From Thermoproteota archaeon (lineage in GTDB: Archaea; Korarchaeota; Korarchaeia; Korarchaeales; Korarchaeaceae): a stretch of DNA of 64,000 nucleotides. A model generated the notes under the pieces. That model saw only the letters and a list, made by a program, of their open reading frames with translations, did no database searches and was not told where the DNA came from. The translations under genes and the position numbers were made by a program. Shown here piece after piece: positions 27,910 to 36,886 of this stretch (positions within the stretch are counted from its first letter, which is position 1; the number at the start of each line of letters is the position of its first letter). The stretch is from the NCBI GenBank assembly GCA_027491915.1, contig JAOZGC010000002.1, forward strand, positions 448,001 through 512,000, in the 5' to 3' direction.

Positions 27910-28374
27910 ATGAGTTCCGGCGTCGAGAGGGCGGTCTGCCTCATGAGGGAGCTCGGCGTCCGAGGGGAGGTGATCCCCCACGAGGGGTCCAGCGGCAGGA
28001 CCTCAGAGGGGGCGGCCGAGGCCCTCGGCGTCCCGCTAGAGAGGATCGTCAAGACGCTGATATTCACCTCCGAGGGCAGGTTCGTCGCCGTGGTCGCCCG
28101 AGGGGACAGGAGAGTTAATGTGGACGCCCTCCGCCGGGTGGCAGGTTTCCGCCGGAGACCCAGGCTGGCCTCCGCCGGGGAGGTGGAGGAGCTGACCGGC
28201 TTCAGCCCGGGTGGCCTTCCCCCCTTCGCCCCGACCGGCAGGATGCCGTGCTACGTGTCGGCCAGCGTGCTGGAGATGGACTGGGTGATCGGGGCGGCCG
28301 GGACCGAGTTCGCCGGGGTGAAGTTCGACCCCCGAGAGCTCCTCGGGCTGGGGTTCAGGGCGGTCGACGTCTGA
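27910..28374 (+). CDS. YbaK/EbsC-family aminoacyl-tRNA deacylase
   Basis: AAEALGV..IVKTLIF, TGFSPGGLPP. Confidence 0.85.
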   Translation: MSSGVERAVCLMRELGVRGEVIPHEGSSGRTSEGAAEALGVPLERIVKTLIFTSEGRFVAVVARGDRRVNVDALRRVAGFRRRPRLASAGEVEELTGFSPGGLPPFAPTGRMPCYVSASVLEMDWVIGAAGTEFAGVKFDPRELLGLGFRAVDV

Positions 28375-28412
28375 CCCTCAACTCACGTCGGTCGCGGGGG
28401 GCTATCTCCGGC

Positions 28413-29645
28413 TCACTCCAGCTCCCTTCCCCTCGTCTCCACCCCCAGGACGGCCACCGCCGCTGCGGCCGTCAGCTGGGCCGCGGCGAAGGTGAGGAGG
28501 GCCAGCTGGTAGCTGCCGGTGAGATCCAGCACCGCCCCCACCAGGTAGGGACCCAGGATGCCGCCCAGCCTGCCGAAGGAGTTGGCCGCGCCGGCCCCAG
28601 TGGCCCTCAGGTCGGTGGGATAGAGCTCCGGCGTGTAGGCGTAGGTCACCCCCCAGGCCCCGAGGTTGAAGAAGGATAGGGTCAAGGCGCCGGCCAGCGC
28701 CTGGGTCGGGTCTGAGGCCCACCAGTAGACGGCGGTGCCGAGCCCGGCGAGCGCCATGTAGGCCGATAGGGAGGTCCGCCTGCCCACCCTCTCCACCAGG
28801 TAGGCCGCGCTCCAGTAGCCGGGTATCTGGGCCGCCGTGACCATCAGGTTGTACCTGAGGGACCCCACGAGGGAGAGGCCCCTGTCGGCCAGGATCTTGG
28901 GGAACCACAGGAAGACCCCCCAGTAGGTCATCACTATGGCGAACCAGTGGATCCAGAGCATGGCGGTCCTCCGGAGGTAGGGCCCCCTGAGTATCTCCGA
29001 GACCGGCCTCCTGGGCGGGGGAGGGGTGAGCTCTATGCCGAGCTCCTCGGCCAGCCTCTCCGCCTCGTCCCGCCTGCCGGCCGCAGCCAGGTACCTGGGG
29101 GATTCCCCGAGGCCCGCCGCCGGTATGAGGACCGCGGCCAGCAGCGGGAGCGGCCCGCCCCAGGCGAACACCGACCTCCAACCCTCATCGGCCAGGGCCA
29201 GGCCTATCCCCGCCGACAAGAGCCATCCGAAGGCCCAGCCGGACTCCATTAGGGCCACGTACCTCCCCCTGACCGACCGGGGTGCCACCTCGGACAGGTA
29301 GGTGCTGGCCGACACCAGGTACCCAGCCGCCCCGAGGCCCGCGGCGAACCTGATCGCGGCCATGTCGACCCAGCCGGCGGACGCGGCGCAGGCCGCCGTC
29401 GCCGCGGCCGTCAGGACCAGCGAGGCCACAGAGGCCGTCCTCCGCCCGAGGGAGTCGGCCGCCCTGCCGAACAGGAGGGCCCCGGCGAACATTCCTATCA
29501 TGAACGAGTTCAGCAGGATCCCGGTCTCGGTCCCGGTCAGCCCCCACTCGTCGGCGATCTTCTTGAGGGTGGTCGAGACCAGCCCCGAGTCCGCGGCCAC
29601 CAGCGCCCACCCCAGCGTGAGCGCCGCCAGGTACCTGCGGCCCAA
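28413..29645 (-). CDS. MFS transporter (NiaP/YceI-like)
   Basis: GRAADSLGRR, YLSEVAP..RG, ESPRYL, AYTPELYPTDLRATG. Confidence 0.9.
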   Translation of the reverse strand: MGRRYLAALTLGWALVAADSGLVSTTLKKIADEWGLTGTETGILLNSFMIGMFAGALLFGRAADSLGRRTASVASLVLTAAATAACAASAGWVDMAAIRFAAGLGAAGYLVSASTYLSEVAPRSVRGRYVALMESGWAFGWLLSAGIGLALADEGWRSVFAWGGPLPLLAAVLIPAAGLGESPRYLAAAGRRDEAERLAEELGIELTPPPPRRPVSEILRGPYLRRTAMLWIHWFAIVMTYWGVFLWFPKILADRGLSLVGSLRYNLMVTAAQIPGYWSAAYLVERVGRRTSLSAYMALAGLGTAVYWWASDPTQALAGALTLSFFNLGAWGVTYAYTPELYPTDLRATGAGAANSFGRLGGILGPYLVGAVLDLTGSYQLALLTFAAAQLTAAAAVAVLGVETRGRELE

Positions 29646-29910
29646 GGGATCCGCACCCGACCTAACGCGCCGGGGAGTTAAAAAAGTTGGAGATCTCAGA
29701 CCCCCGAGATCCCTGGGAGACCGGGGCCCCGGGGCCCCGTATGGAGACCGGCCGAGGGGCGCTCGGCCCGCTGTCCACCCGTCCGGCGGGTCCCCCGGCC
29801 GCGCGCCTTCGCCTGGGGCGGAGGGAGGGGCCCAGGAGGTCGGGCTCCCCGAACCGCGGGCGGGGCCGCGGGCGCGCGCCTACTTTTAGGAGACCGGCGG
29901 GGCCGCGGGG

Positions 29911-30861
29911 GTGCCCTTGTCTGGCCTCGATCTGTCCGGCCTCAGGTGCGTCGCCTTCGCCGGGAAGGGCGGGGTGGGGAAGACCACCTGCTCCGCGGCC
30001 CTGGCCCTGGCCCTATCCAGGGGCGGAGAGAGGGTGCTCCTCGTCTCCAGCGACCCGGAGCCCTCCATCTCCGACCTGTTCGGAGTCGATGTCAGGGGGA
30101 GGCCCAGGGAGGTCGCCCCGAACCTCGAGGCCGTGGAGCTGGACGGCGACTCCGTGCTCGAGATGTGGAGAGAGAGGTACGGGGAGGAGGTGTACCGGGT
30201 GGTGAGCGGGTTCATCCCGGTCGGCCGGGAGATCGTGGACTACGTGGCCGGGGCCCCTGGGATAGCCGAAGAGTTCTCTCTGGCATACCTCTTGGATTTC
30301 TGGGAGTCGGGAAATTTCGACAGGATCGTGTGGGACACCGCCCCGGCCGGGGGAACCCTCTCCCTCCTCCGGCTGGAGCAGACATTCTACGATCACCTGG
30401 GGGAAGCGGCCGGGCTGTTCCTCAGGATCAGGGACGCGCTCGACAGGATCCGCCGCGGGGGTTGGGAGGGGGGGAGGGGTCCGCTGGAGATTATAGGGGG
30501 GTGGAGGAACCTGCTTGGCAGGGTGTTGGGGATGCTCAGGTCCGACCGCCTGGGCGCGCTGGTCGTCTCCGAGCCCGAGGCGCTCTCGGCCGCCCAGGCC
30601 CTCAGGATCGCCGACCGGTTGGAGGAGTTCGGGGTGAGGGTGGCGGGCCTCGTGATAAACGGACTGATCTCGGAGGACCTGGTCAGATCCTGCCCGCGCC
30701 TCGAGGCGAGGCTGCGCGGACAGGGTGAGGCGGTCTCGAGGCTCCTGCTGGGGAGGATGTGGCCCCAGGTGGTCGAGGTTCCCCTGATGCCCCGGGACAT
30801 CTCTTCTCGGACCGACCTGCGGCCCGTGGCCGAGGCCCTGATGGGGGGTGGCCAGCCTTGA
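29911..30861 (+). CDS. ArsA/GET3-family ATPase
   Basis: GKGGVGKTT, SSDP, PGIAEE, WDTAP. Confidence 0.88.
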   Translation: MPLSGLDLSGLRCVAFAGKGGVGKTTCSAALALALSRGGERVLLVSSDPEPSISDLFGVDVRGRPREVAPNLEAVELDGDSVLEMWRERYGEEVYRVVSGFIPVGREIVDYVAGAPGIAEEFSLAYLLDFWESGNFDRIVWDTAPAGGTLSLLRLEQTFYDHLGEAAGLFLRIRDALDRIRRGGWEGGRGPLEIIGGWRNLLGRVLGMLRSDRLGALVVSEPEALSAAQALRIADRLEEFGVRVAGLVINGLISEDLVRSCPRLEARLRGQGEAVSRLLLGRMWPQVVEVPLMPRDISSRTDLRPVAEALMGGGQP

Positions 30862-32636
30862 GGGGTTGGACCGGCAGGCTCCTGAGGGTGGACGCCGGGT
30901 CCGGAGACGTGTGGACGGAGGAGATACCGGCGGAGGTGCTCAGGTCTCTCCTGGGGGGGAAGGGGTTGGGAGCCTACCTGCTCCACAGGCTGGCTCCGCC
31001 GGGCGCCGACCCCCTGGGTCCCGACAACCCGATCATATTCGCCGTGGGGCCCCTGACCGCCCTGTTCCCGGGGTGCGGGAGGTACGCCGTGGTCACCAAG
31101 TCCCCGATGACCGGGTACTTCCTCGACTCCCACGCGTCCGGCAACCTGGGAGCGGAGATCAAGCTGGCCGGCTTCGACGCGGTGGCGATCACGGGGTCGG
31201 CCCCGGTTCCCAGCTACCTGCTGGTAGAGTCCGGCGAGGGGGAGCTCGTGGAGGCCCCTTGGCTGGCGGGGGCCGACGTTTACGACGCCCACGACCGGGT
31301 CGCCTCGCGCGAGCCCGGCGCGTCGGTGGCCGTCGTCGGCCCGGCGGCGGAGAGGCTCGTCAGGTTCTGCGTGGTCCACTCCGAGAGGCTCCACGCGGCG
31401 GGCAGGGGAGGGGCCGGGACCGTCATGGCATCGAAGGGGCTGAAGGCCCTGGCGGCCAGGGGGTCCGAGGCCCCGGCCGCGGCCGACCCGGAGGCCCTGC
31501 TGTCGCTCTGGTCCGCCGTGGAGTCCAGGTACTCGGGCAGGTGGGGCCCAGCCAACGATGGGACCACCGGGGCGGTTGAAGACGCCCAGGAGCTCGGCAT
31601 GCTCCCGACGAGGAACTTCTCCACGACCAGCTTCGAGTTCGCGGACAGGTACTCGGCCGATGAGGTCAGGAGGTACAGGGCGGCCGACCTGTCCTGCTTC
31701 GCCTGCCCCAGGGCCTGCGTGAAGCTGCACAGGCTGCCCGACGGGACCGTGACGGCCGTCAGGTACGAGGGCATGGCCATGCTCGGATCGAACCTGGGCC
31801 TCGAGGACCCGAGGGACATGATCCGCCTGTACGAGAGGTGCAACAGGCTGGGAATGGACGTGATATCCGCCGGGTCGGCCATGGCCCTGGCGGCGGAGGC
31901 CGCGGAGATGGGCCTGATAGAGGGGGAGTTCTCAGATCTTAGGTTCGGGGACGCCGAGGGCTTCCTCAGGCTGGCCGACGCCATAGCGAGGAGGGAGGGG
32001 ATCGGGGACCTGCTGGCCGAGGGGGCCGCCAGGGCCGCGGCGAGGCTGGGGGTCCCGGAGCTCGCGGTCCACGTTAAGGGGCTGGACGTCCCGGCCTGGG
32101 ACCCAAGGGGGCGGCTCGGCCTGGGGCTGAGCTACGCCACCGCCGACGTGGGCGCCTCCCACCTCAGGGGGTGGCCCTCGTCCCCCGAGAAGCCGGACCG
32201 CAGCGCCCTGGACGTGGTGGAGTCCATGGTCAGGAGCAGGGACCAGAAGGCCGTCGCCGACAGCCTGGTGATATGCTCCTTCCTGGACGTGGGGCTGGGC
32301 GAGTACGCGGAGGCCCTGGAGGCCGCCGCCGGGGAGAGGTACTCGGAGGAGGACCTCCTCCGGGTCGGGTGGAGGGTGGAGACCCTGACCAGGCTGTTCA
32401 ACCTCAGGGAGGGGTTGGACCCGGGATCCGAGGACGTCCTCCCTCCCAAGCTCTGGAAGCCCGTGCCGGACGGGCCCTCCAAGGGGAGAAGGGCGTTCGT
32501 CAGCGAGGAGGACTTCAGGGCCTGCCTGAGGAAATTCTACCTCATCAGGGGGTGGGACGAGCGTGGGAGGCCCACGGGGGAGACGGTCAGGTCCCTGGGA
32601 ATAGACCGGCTGCTCCGGGACCAGATCCGGCGGTAG
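30858..32636 (+). CDS. Aldehyde:ferredoxin oxidoreductase family tungstoenzyme (copy 1)
   Basis: GGKGLG, KSPMTG, AGRGGAGTVMASKGLKA, CFACPRAC, HVKG, DSLVIC. Confidence 0.92.
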   Translation: MRGWTGRLLRVDAGSGDVWTEEIPAEVLRSLLGGKGLGAYLLHRLAPPGADPLGPDNPIIFAVGPLTALFPGCGRYAVVTKSPMTGYFLDSHASGNLGAEIKLAGFDAVAITGSAPVPSYLLVESGEGELVEAPWLAGADVYDAHDRVASREPGASVAVVGPAAERLVRFCVVHSERLHAAGRGGAGTVMASKGLKALAARGSEAPAAADPEALLSLWSAVESRYSGRWGPANDGTTGAVEDAQELGMLPTRNFSTTSFEFADRYSADEVRRYRAADLSCFACPRACVKLHRLPDGTVTAVRYEGMAMLGSNLGLEDPRDMIRLYERCNRLGMDVISAGSAMALAAEAAEMGLIEGEFSDLRFGDAEGFLRLADAIARREGIGDLLAEGAARAAARLGVPELAVHVKGLDVPAWDPRGRLGLGLSYATADVGASHLRGWPSSPEKPDRSALDVVESMVRSRDQKAVADSLVICSFLDVGLGEYAEALEAAAGERYSEEDLLRVGWRVETLTRLFNLREGLDPGSEDVLPPKLWKPVPDGPSKGRRAFVSEEDFRACLRKFYLIRGWDERGRPTGETVRSLGIDRLLRDQIRR

Positions 32637-32691
32637 GCCCCCGCCGCCCGTCGGCCGAAGGTTTATCTCTAATTGGATGGTACATCGGTCT

Positions 32692-33474
32692 ATGTGCGAA
32701 CTATTTGGATTGTCAGCCAATAAAGTCGTCAAGATAAGTTTCACCTGGAGGGGATTCAGAAGGAGGGGCCGCATCCACCGCGACGGCTGGGGCGTGGCCT
32801 GGTACCTCGACGGCGGGCTGGTCGGCCTCGTCAAGGAGCCCCGACCCGCCCCGAGCAGCCCCATAGCCGGGCTGCTGCTGGGTGGTGTCAGGAGCAGGGT
32901 GGTGGTGAGTCACGTCAGGCTGGCCTCCAGGGGCGGCGTCAGCTACGTCAACACGCACCCCTTCGTCAGGAGGTTCCTCGGCAGGGACTGGGTCTTCGCG
33001 CACAACGGGGACGTCTCGGGCATTGTGGGGAGGCCGGGATACGGACTGAGGTGGTGCTCGCCCGCCGGAGACACAGACTCGGAGTACGCATTCTGCTACC
33101 TGCTCGAGAGGCTCAGGGATTCGGGCGCCGTCCGGAGAGGAGTTGAGAGGCTCTCGCGGGAGCTGTGGGAGACAGCGGAGGACGTCGGGACCAGCGGCAA
33201 GTTCAACTTCCTCCTGAGCGATGGGACGCACCTGTTCGCCTACTCAAACAGGGAGGGGACCCTCTACTATCTCAAGAGGCACCCGCCCCACCTCGGATCG
33301 GTAGGGCTTGCGGACGAGGACTACGAGGCCAGGCTCGAGGAGCTCAAGGCTCCGGACGAGCGCGCGGTCATAGTGGCCACCAAGCCCCTCACCGACGAGG
33401 ATTGGTCGCCCGTGAGGCCGCACACCCTCCACGCGTTCCGCGACGGAGATCCGGTCCTTTCGGTTGGGGGGTGA
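32692..33474 (+). CDS. Class II glutamine amidotransferase (YafJ/EgtC-like)
   Basis: N-terminal MCELFG, HRDGWG, NTHPF, AHNG, GDTDSE. Confidence 0.9.
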   Translation: MCELFGLSANKVVKISFTWRGFRRRGRIHRDGWGVAWYLDGGLVGLVKEPRPAPSSPIAGLLLGGVRSRVVVSHVRLASRGGVSYVNTHPFVRRFLGRDWVFAHNGDVSGIVGRPGYGLRWCSPAGDTDSEYAFCYLLERLRDSGAVRRGVERLSRELWETAEDVGTSGKFNFLLSDGTHLFAYSNREGTLYYLKRHPPHLGSVGLADEDYEARLEELKAPDERAVIVATKPLTDEDWSPVRPHTLHAFRDGDPVLSVGG

Positions 33475-33548
33475 CCCCCCGAGACCTCGGCGAGATCGGC
33501 CTCCCGGGGGGCGGTCGAATTTTTGACCTCCCGGCCTCCCGTCCGCCC

Positions 33549-34601
33549 GTGGAGCTCCGGATAGCCCTCATAGGGTTCGGAAACGTGGGTCAAGGATTTG
33601 TCAAGATTTTGGCCAGAAAGTCCCCCCTTCTGGCGGAGAGATACGGCGTGGACCTCAGGGTGGTGGCGGTCTCGGACCGCTCAAAGGGATCGGTCTACGA
33701 CCCCGGGGGTCTCGACCCATCCGCCCTCCTCTCCCTGATCGAGGAGGAGGGGTCCGTCTCCGGCTACCCCGGCGGCGTCAAGGGGATGGGCAGCCTGGCC
33801 ACCATAAGGGAGACGGACTCCGACGTGGTGGTCGAGGTCACCCCCACCGATCTCGAGACCGGGGAGCCGGGCCTCTCCCACATCAGGGCGGCCCTCGAGG
33901 CGGGAAAGCACGTGATCACCTCCAACAAGGGCCCAATAGCCCTCGCCTACGGGGAGCTCTCTTCCCTCGCCCGGGAGTCCGGCGTGGAGCTGAGGTTCGA
34001 GGGGACCGTGCTGAGCGGGACGCCGGCCATAAGCCTGGCCACGGAGGCCCTGGCCGGGGCCGAGGTGCTGGGGGTGGAGGGAGTGCTGAACGGGACGACG
34101 AACTTCATCCTCACCAGGATGGAGGAGGGGGTCGACTACGAAGACGCCCTGCGGGAGGCCCAGAGGCTGGGATACGCCGAGGCCGACCCGACCGCCGACG
34201 TTGACGGGTGGGACGCGGCCGCCAAGCTCGTCATACTCGCGAACGTTGTGATGGGGGCCGACCTGTCCCTAGGAGACGTGGAGAGGGAGGGGATAGGCGG
34301 GGTGACTCGAGAGGCGGTGGCGCGGGCGTCCGCCTACGGCAGGAGGGTCAGGCTCCTGGCCTCCGCCTGGCGGTCGGGCGGCGCCGTAGCGGCCAGGGTG
34401 GCGCCGGCCGAGATCCCGCTGAGCCACCCGCTGGCCTCGGTCTCCGGGGTCACGAACGCCCTGACACTCAGGACGGACCACCTGGGGGACGTCACCATAG
34501 TGGGCCCCGGGGCCGGGGGTGTGGAGACGGGGCAGGCCCTGCTCTCCGACCTGCTCGCGGTGGCCAGGTCCCTCCGGGCGCGCTCCGGCCCGCCGCTGTG
34601 A
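33549..34601 (+). CDS. hom: Homoserine dehydrogenase (no ACT domain)
   Basis: GFGNVG, HVITSNKGP, GVLNGTTNFIL, GYAEADPTADVDG, GPGAG. Confidence 0.93.
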   Translation: MELRIALIGFGNVGQGFVKILARKSPLLAERYGVDLRVVAVSDRSKGSVYDPGGLDPSALLSLIEEEGSVSGYPGGVKGMGSLATIRETDSDVVVEVTPTDLETGEPGLSHIRAALEAGKHVITSNKGPIALAYGELSSLARESGVELRFEGTVLSGTPAISLATEALAGAEVLGVEGVLNGTTNFILTRMEEGVDYEDALREAQRLGYAEADPTADVDGWDAAAKLVILANVVMGADLSLGDVEREGIGGVTREAVARASAYGRRVRLLASAWRSGGAVAARVAPAEIPLSHPLASVSGVTNALTLRTDHLGDVTIVGPGAGGVETGQALLSDLLAVARSLRARSGPPL

Positions 34602-34652
34602 TGGGTCGCCCGGCTGGGTCTGCGGCCCCGGCGGTTCCCGGCCCGGCCGGGA

Positions 34653-35900
34653 TCAGGACCTATCAGACGGGACCAGACCCAGGACCTCCAGATCCCCCAG
34701 GGATCGACCCTCGCCGATCATGGGGATCGCCGCCGCGACCGGGCGCCTGGAGCCGGCCCAGCCCACGGCTTCCAGGCCCAGGACCCTGTCGCTCCCCCTC
34801 TCCACCACCGCCAGGTAGTCGGCCCCGTCGCCGTACCACCAGCCGACCCCCCCGGGCCTCCTCTCAGACCTCAGGGTGACCACCTCGTGGGGCACCCCGA
34901 GGGCCCTGGCCTCGGCCCCGCTCAGGCCGACGCTCGTCACCTCGATGCCGAGCACGACCTCCGCCTGCCTCCTCACGAACCCCCGGTACGAGGCCCCGGC
35001 CCCGGCCGCGTTCAGCCCGGCGATCGTCCCGGACAGGTAGGCCACGCTCCCCACCGGCCTGTAAGTCCTCTCCCCGGACGGGAGGTCGAAGCTCTCGGCG
35101 CAGTCCCCGGCGGCGTAGATCCCCTCCCCGGCCCTCGCCCGCCTGTCCACCCTGACGGCCCCCCTGATCCCCCTCGCGAGTTCCGGGACGTCCCCCGGGA
35201 CGGTCGGCCTGACCCCGGTGGCGACGACCACCAGGTCCGCCGGGATCGCCGTCCCGCCGGCCACCACCTCCCGGACCCTCCCGTCCCCCCGGACCGACTC
35301 CAGCGCCGCGCCCTCCATCACCCGAACCCCGTCGGCCTCGAGCGCCGCCCTTATCCTATCGGAGAGCGGCGGGTCCAGGACCGTCCACATGACGCTCAGC
35401 ATCTCTATCAGAGTCACCTTCAGCCCGGCCCTCGCCAGGTGGGCGGCCATCTTGACCCCTATGAGCCCCGCCCCGACCACCGCGGCCCGGACTCCGGGCT
35501 CGATCCCCCCCCTGAGGGAGAACGCGTCCCCGATTCCCCTGAAGGTGTGGACCCCGGCCAGATCGATCCCCCCGACGGGGGGGACCCAGGCCGAGGCGCC
35601 GGTCGCCAGGACTAGTGCGCCGTACTCTACCTCCTCCCCGCCCACGGCGATAGCGCCCCCCTCCTCGAACCCGGCCCTCCTCCCGACCCTGACGTCGACG
35701 CCGGCCCTCCTCAGCTCGGCTCCCAGCGTGTCTATCTCGGAGGGGGGGAGCCCCTCCATCACGGAGAATATGTCGGGCCTCCTGTAGGGGGGCTCGTCCC
35801 CGACCAGCACGACCCTCAGCCCTGGCTCCCTCCTCTTGGCCGCCAGGGCCGCGGCGGCGCCGGCGACCCCGGCCCCCACCACCAGGACGTCCGCCCTCAA
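34653..35900 (-). CDS. NAD(P)/FAD-dependent oxidoreductase (pyridine nucleotide-disulfide family)
   Basis: GAGVAG, LATGA, GAGLIG, ATGVRP, IYAAGDCAE. Confidence 0.88.
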   Translation of the reverse strand: MRADVLVVGAGVAGAAAALAAKRREPGLRVVLVGDEPPYRRPDIFSVMEGLPPSEIDTLGAELRRAGVDVRVGRRAGFEEGGAIAVGGEEVEYGALVLATGASAWVPPVGGIDLAGVHTFRGIGDAFSLRGGIEPGVRAAVVGAGLIGVKMAAHLARAGLKVTLIEMLSVMWTVLDPPLSDRIRAALEADGVRVMEGAALESVRGDGRVREVVAGGTAIPADLVVVATGVRPTVPGDVPELARGIRGAVRVDRRARAGEGIYAAGDCAESFDLPSGERTYRPVGSVAYLSGTIAGLNAAGAGASYRGFVRRQAEVVLGIEVTSVGLSGAEARALGVPHEVVTLRSERRPGGVGWWYGDGADYLAVVERGSDRVLGLEAVGWAGSRRPVAAAIPMIGEGRSLGDLEVLGLVPSDRS

Positions 35901-35904
35901 GGGC

Positions 35905-36189
35905 TCACCCGCCGCCCACCGGCGGGAGGACGTCTATCACTGACCCCTCCGGCAGCTCCTCGTCCAGGGACTGCGGCAGCCTGAGCACCCTCCCGTCCAT
36001 CACAAGGGTGAGGTGCTCCCTGACCTTCCCGCCGTCGTCGAACACCGCGCCGGCCTTGGGGCCGAGCCTGGACCTGAGGGCCTCCAGCGCGGCCCCCAGC
36101 CTCGGGGGGGAACCCCCGTCCACCTCAACCTCCCTGGACCCTATTATCTCCCTGGCGGTCAGGTAGAACCTGAACCTGACCCTGCCCAT
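35905..36189 (-). CDS. MoaD/ThiS/SAMP ubiquitin-like protein
   Basis: Beta-grasp size with C-terminal LPPVGGG. Confidence 0.88.
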   Translation of the reverse strand: MGRVRFRFYLTAREIIGSREVEVDGGSPPRLGAALEALRSRLGPKAGAVFDDGGKVREHLTLVMDGRVLRLPQSLDEELPEGSVIDVLPPVGGG

Positions 36190-36378
36190 GCTCTCCCCGA
36201 CCCAGACTTCCCCGGGCGATAGAAAAACCCCGCGCATCCGGTCCCGGTCGTCCGACTCCACCCCCGGGTCCGGCCCCACGTGGGGTGACCGGGCGGGTCT
36301 GGCGGGTGCCCCGGAGCCGGACCGGCCTGACCTGCTAAGGGGTTAAATCCAACCCGGGGAGCCCGATCCGGTGATCCC

Positions 36379-36885
36379 ATGGCCAAGCTGATGACGCTCA
36401 TGGTCCTGCCGGAGAGGTGCACCGGCTGCAGGACCTGCGAGAACGTCTGCTCCTACTACCACGAGGGGTCCTTCAACCCGGCCAGGTCCAGGATCCAGGT
36501 GGTCAGGGACGTGATCCGCGGAGTCAACGTCCCCCTCGTCTGCCAGCAGTGCGAAGACGCCCCCTGCGTGGCGGCCTGCCCGACCGGGGCCCTGAGCAGG
36601 GACGCCGAGAGGGGGCTGGTGGAGATAGACTACTCCAGGTGCATAGGGTGCAAGACCTGCGTCTCCGTGTGCCCGTTCGGCGGCATGTCCACGGATCCGG
36701 TGACCAACAGGCCGATAAAGTGCGACTTCTGCGGCGGGGATCCCCAGTGCGTGAAGCACTGCGTTCCGGGCGCCCTGCTGTACGTCCCCGTCACGGCCGC
36801 CAACGTGCTGCAGAAGAGGAGGGTGCTGGAGAGGATACCCCAGTTCGTGGAGGTGGCCCTCCCGAAGCTGCCGGAGGTGGGCTGA
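36379..36885 (+). CDS. 4x[4Fe-4S] electron-transfer subunit (DmsB/AorA-like)
   Basis: CTGCRTCENVC, CQQCEDAPCVAACP, CIGCKTCVSVCP, KCDFC..PQCVKHC. Confidence 0.92.
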   Translation: MAKLMTLMVLPERCTGCRTCENVCSYYHEGSFNPARSRIQVVRDVIRGVNVPLVCQQCEDAPCVAACPTGALSRDAERGLVEIDYSRCIGCKTCVSVCPFGGMSTDPVTNRPIKCDFCGGDPQCVKHCVPGALLYVPVTAANVLQKRRVLERIPQFVEVALPKLPEVG

Positions 36886-36886
36886 G

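Noticed and set aside
34601-34655. TGA read-through (selenocysteine) extending the FAD oxidoreductase C-terminus
   Set aside because: Downstream translation shows no family resemblance and runs into the convergent hom gene
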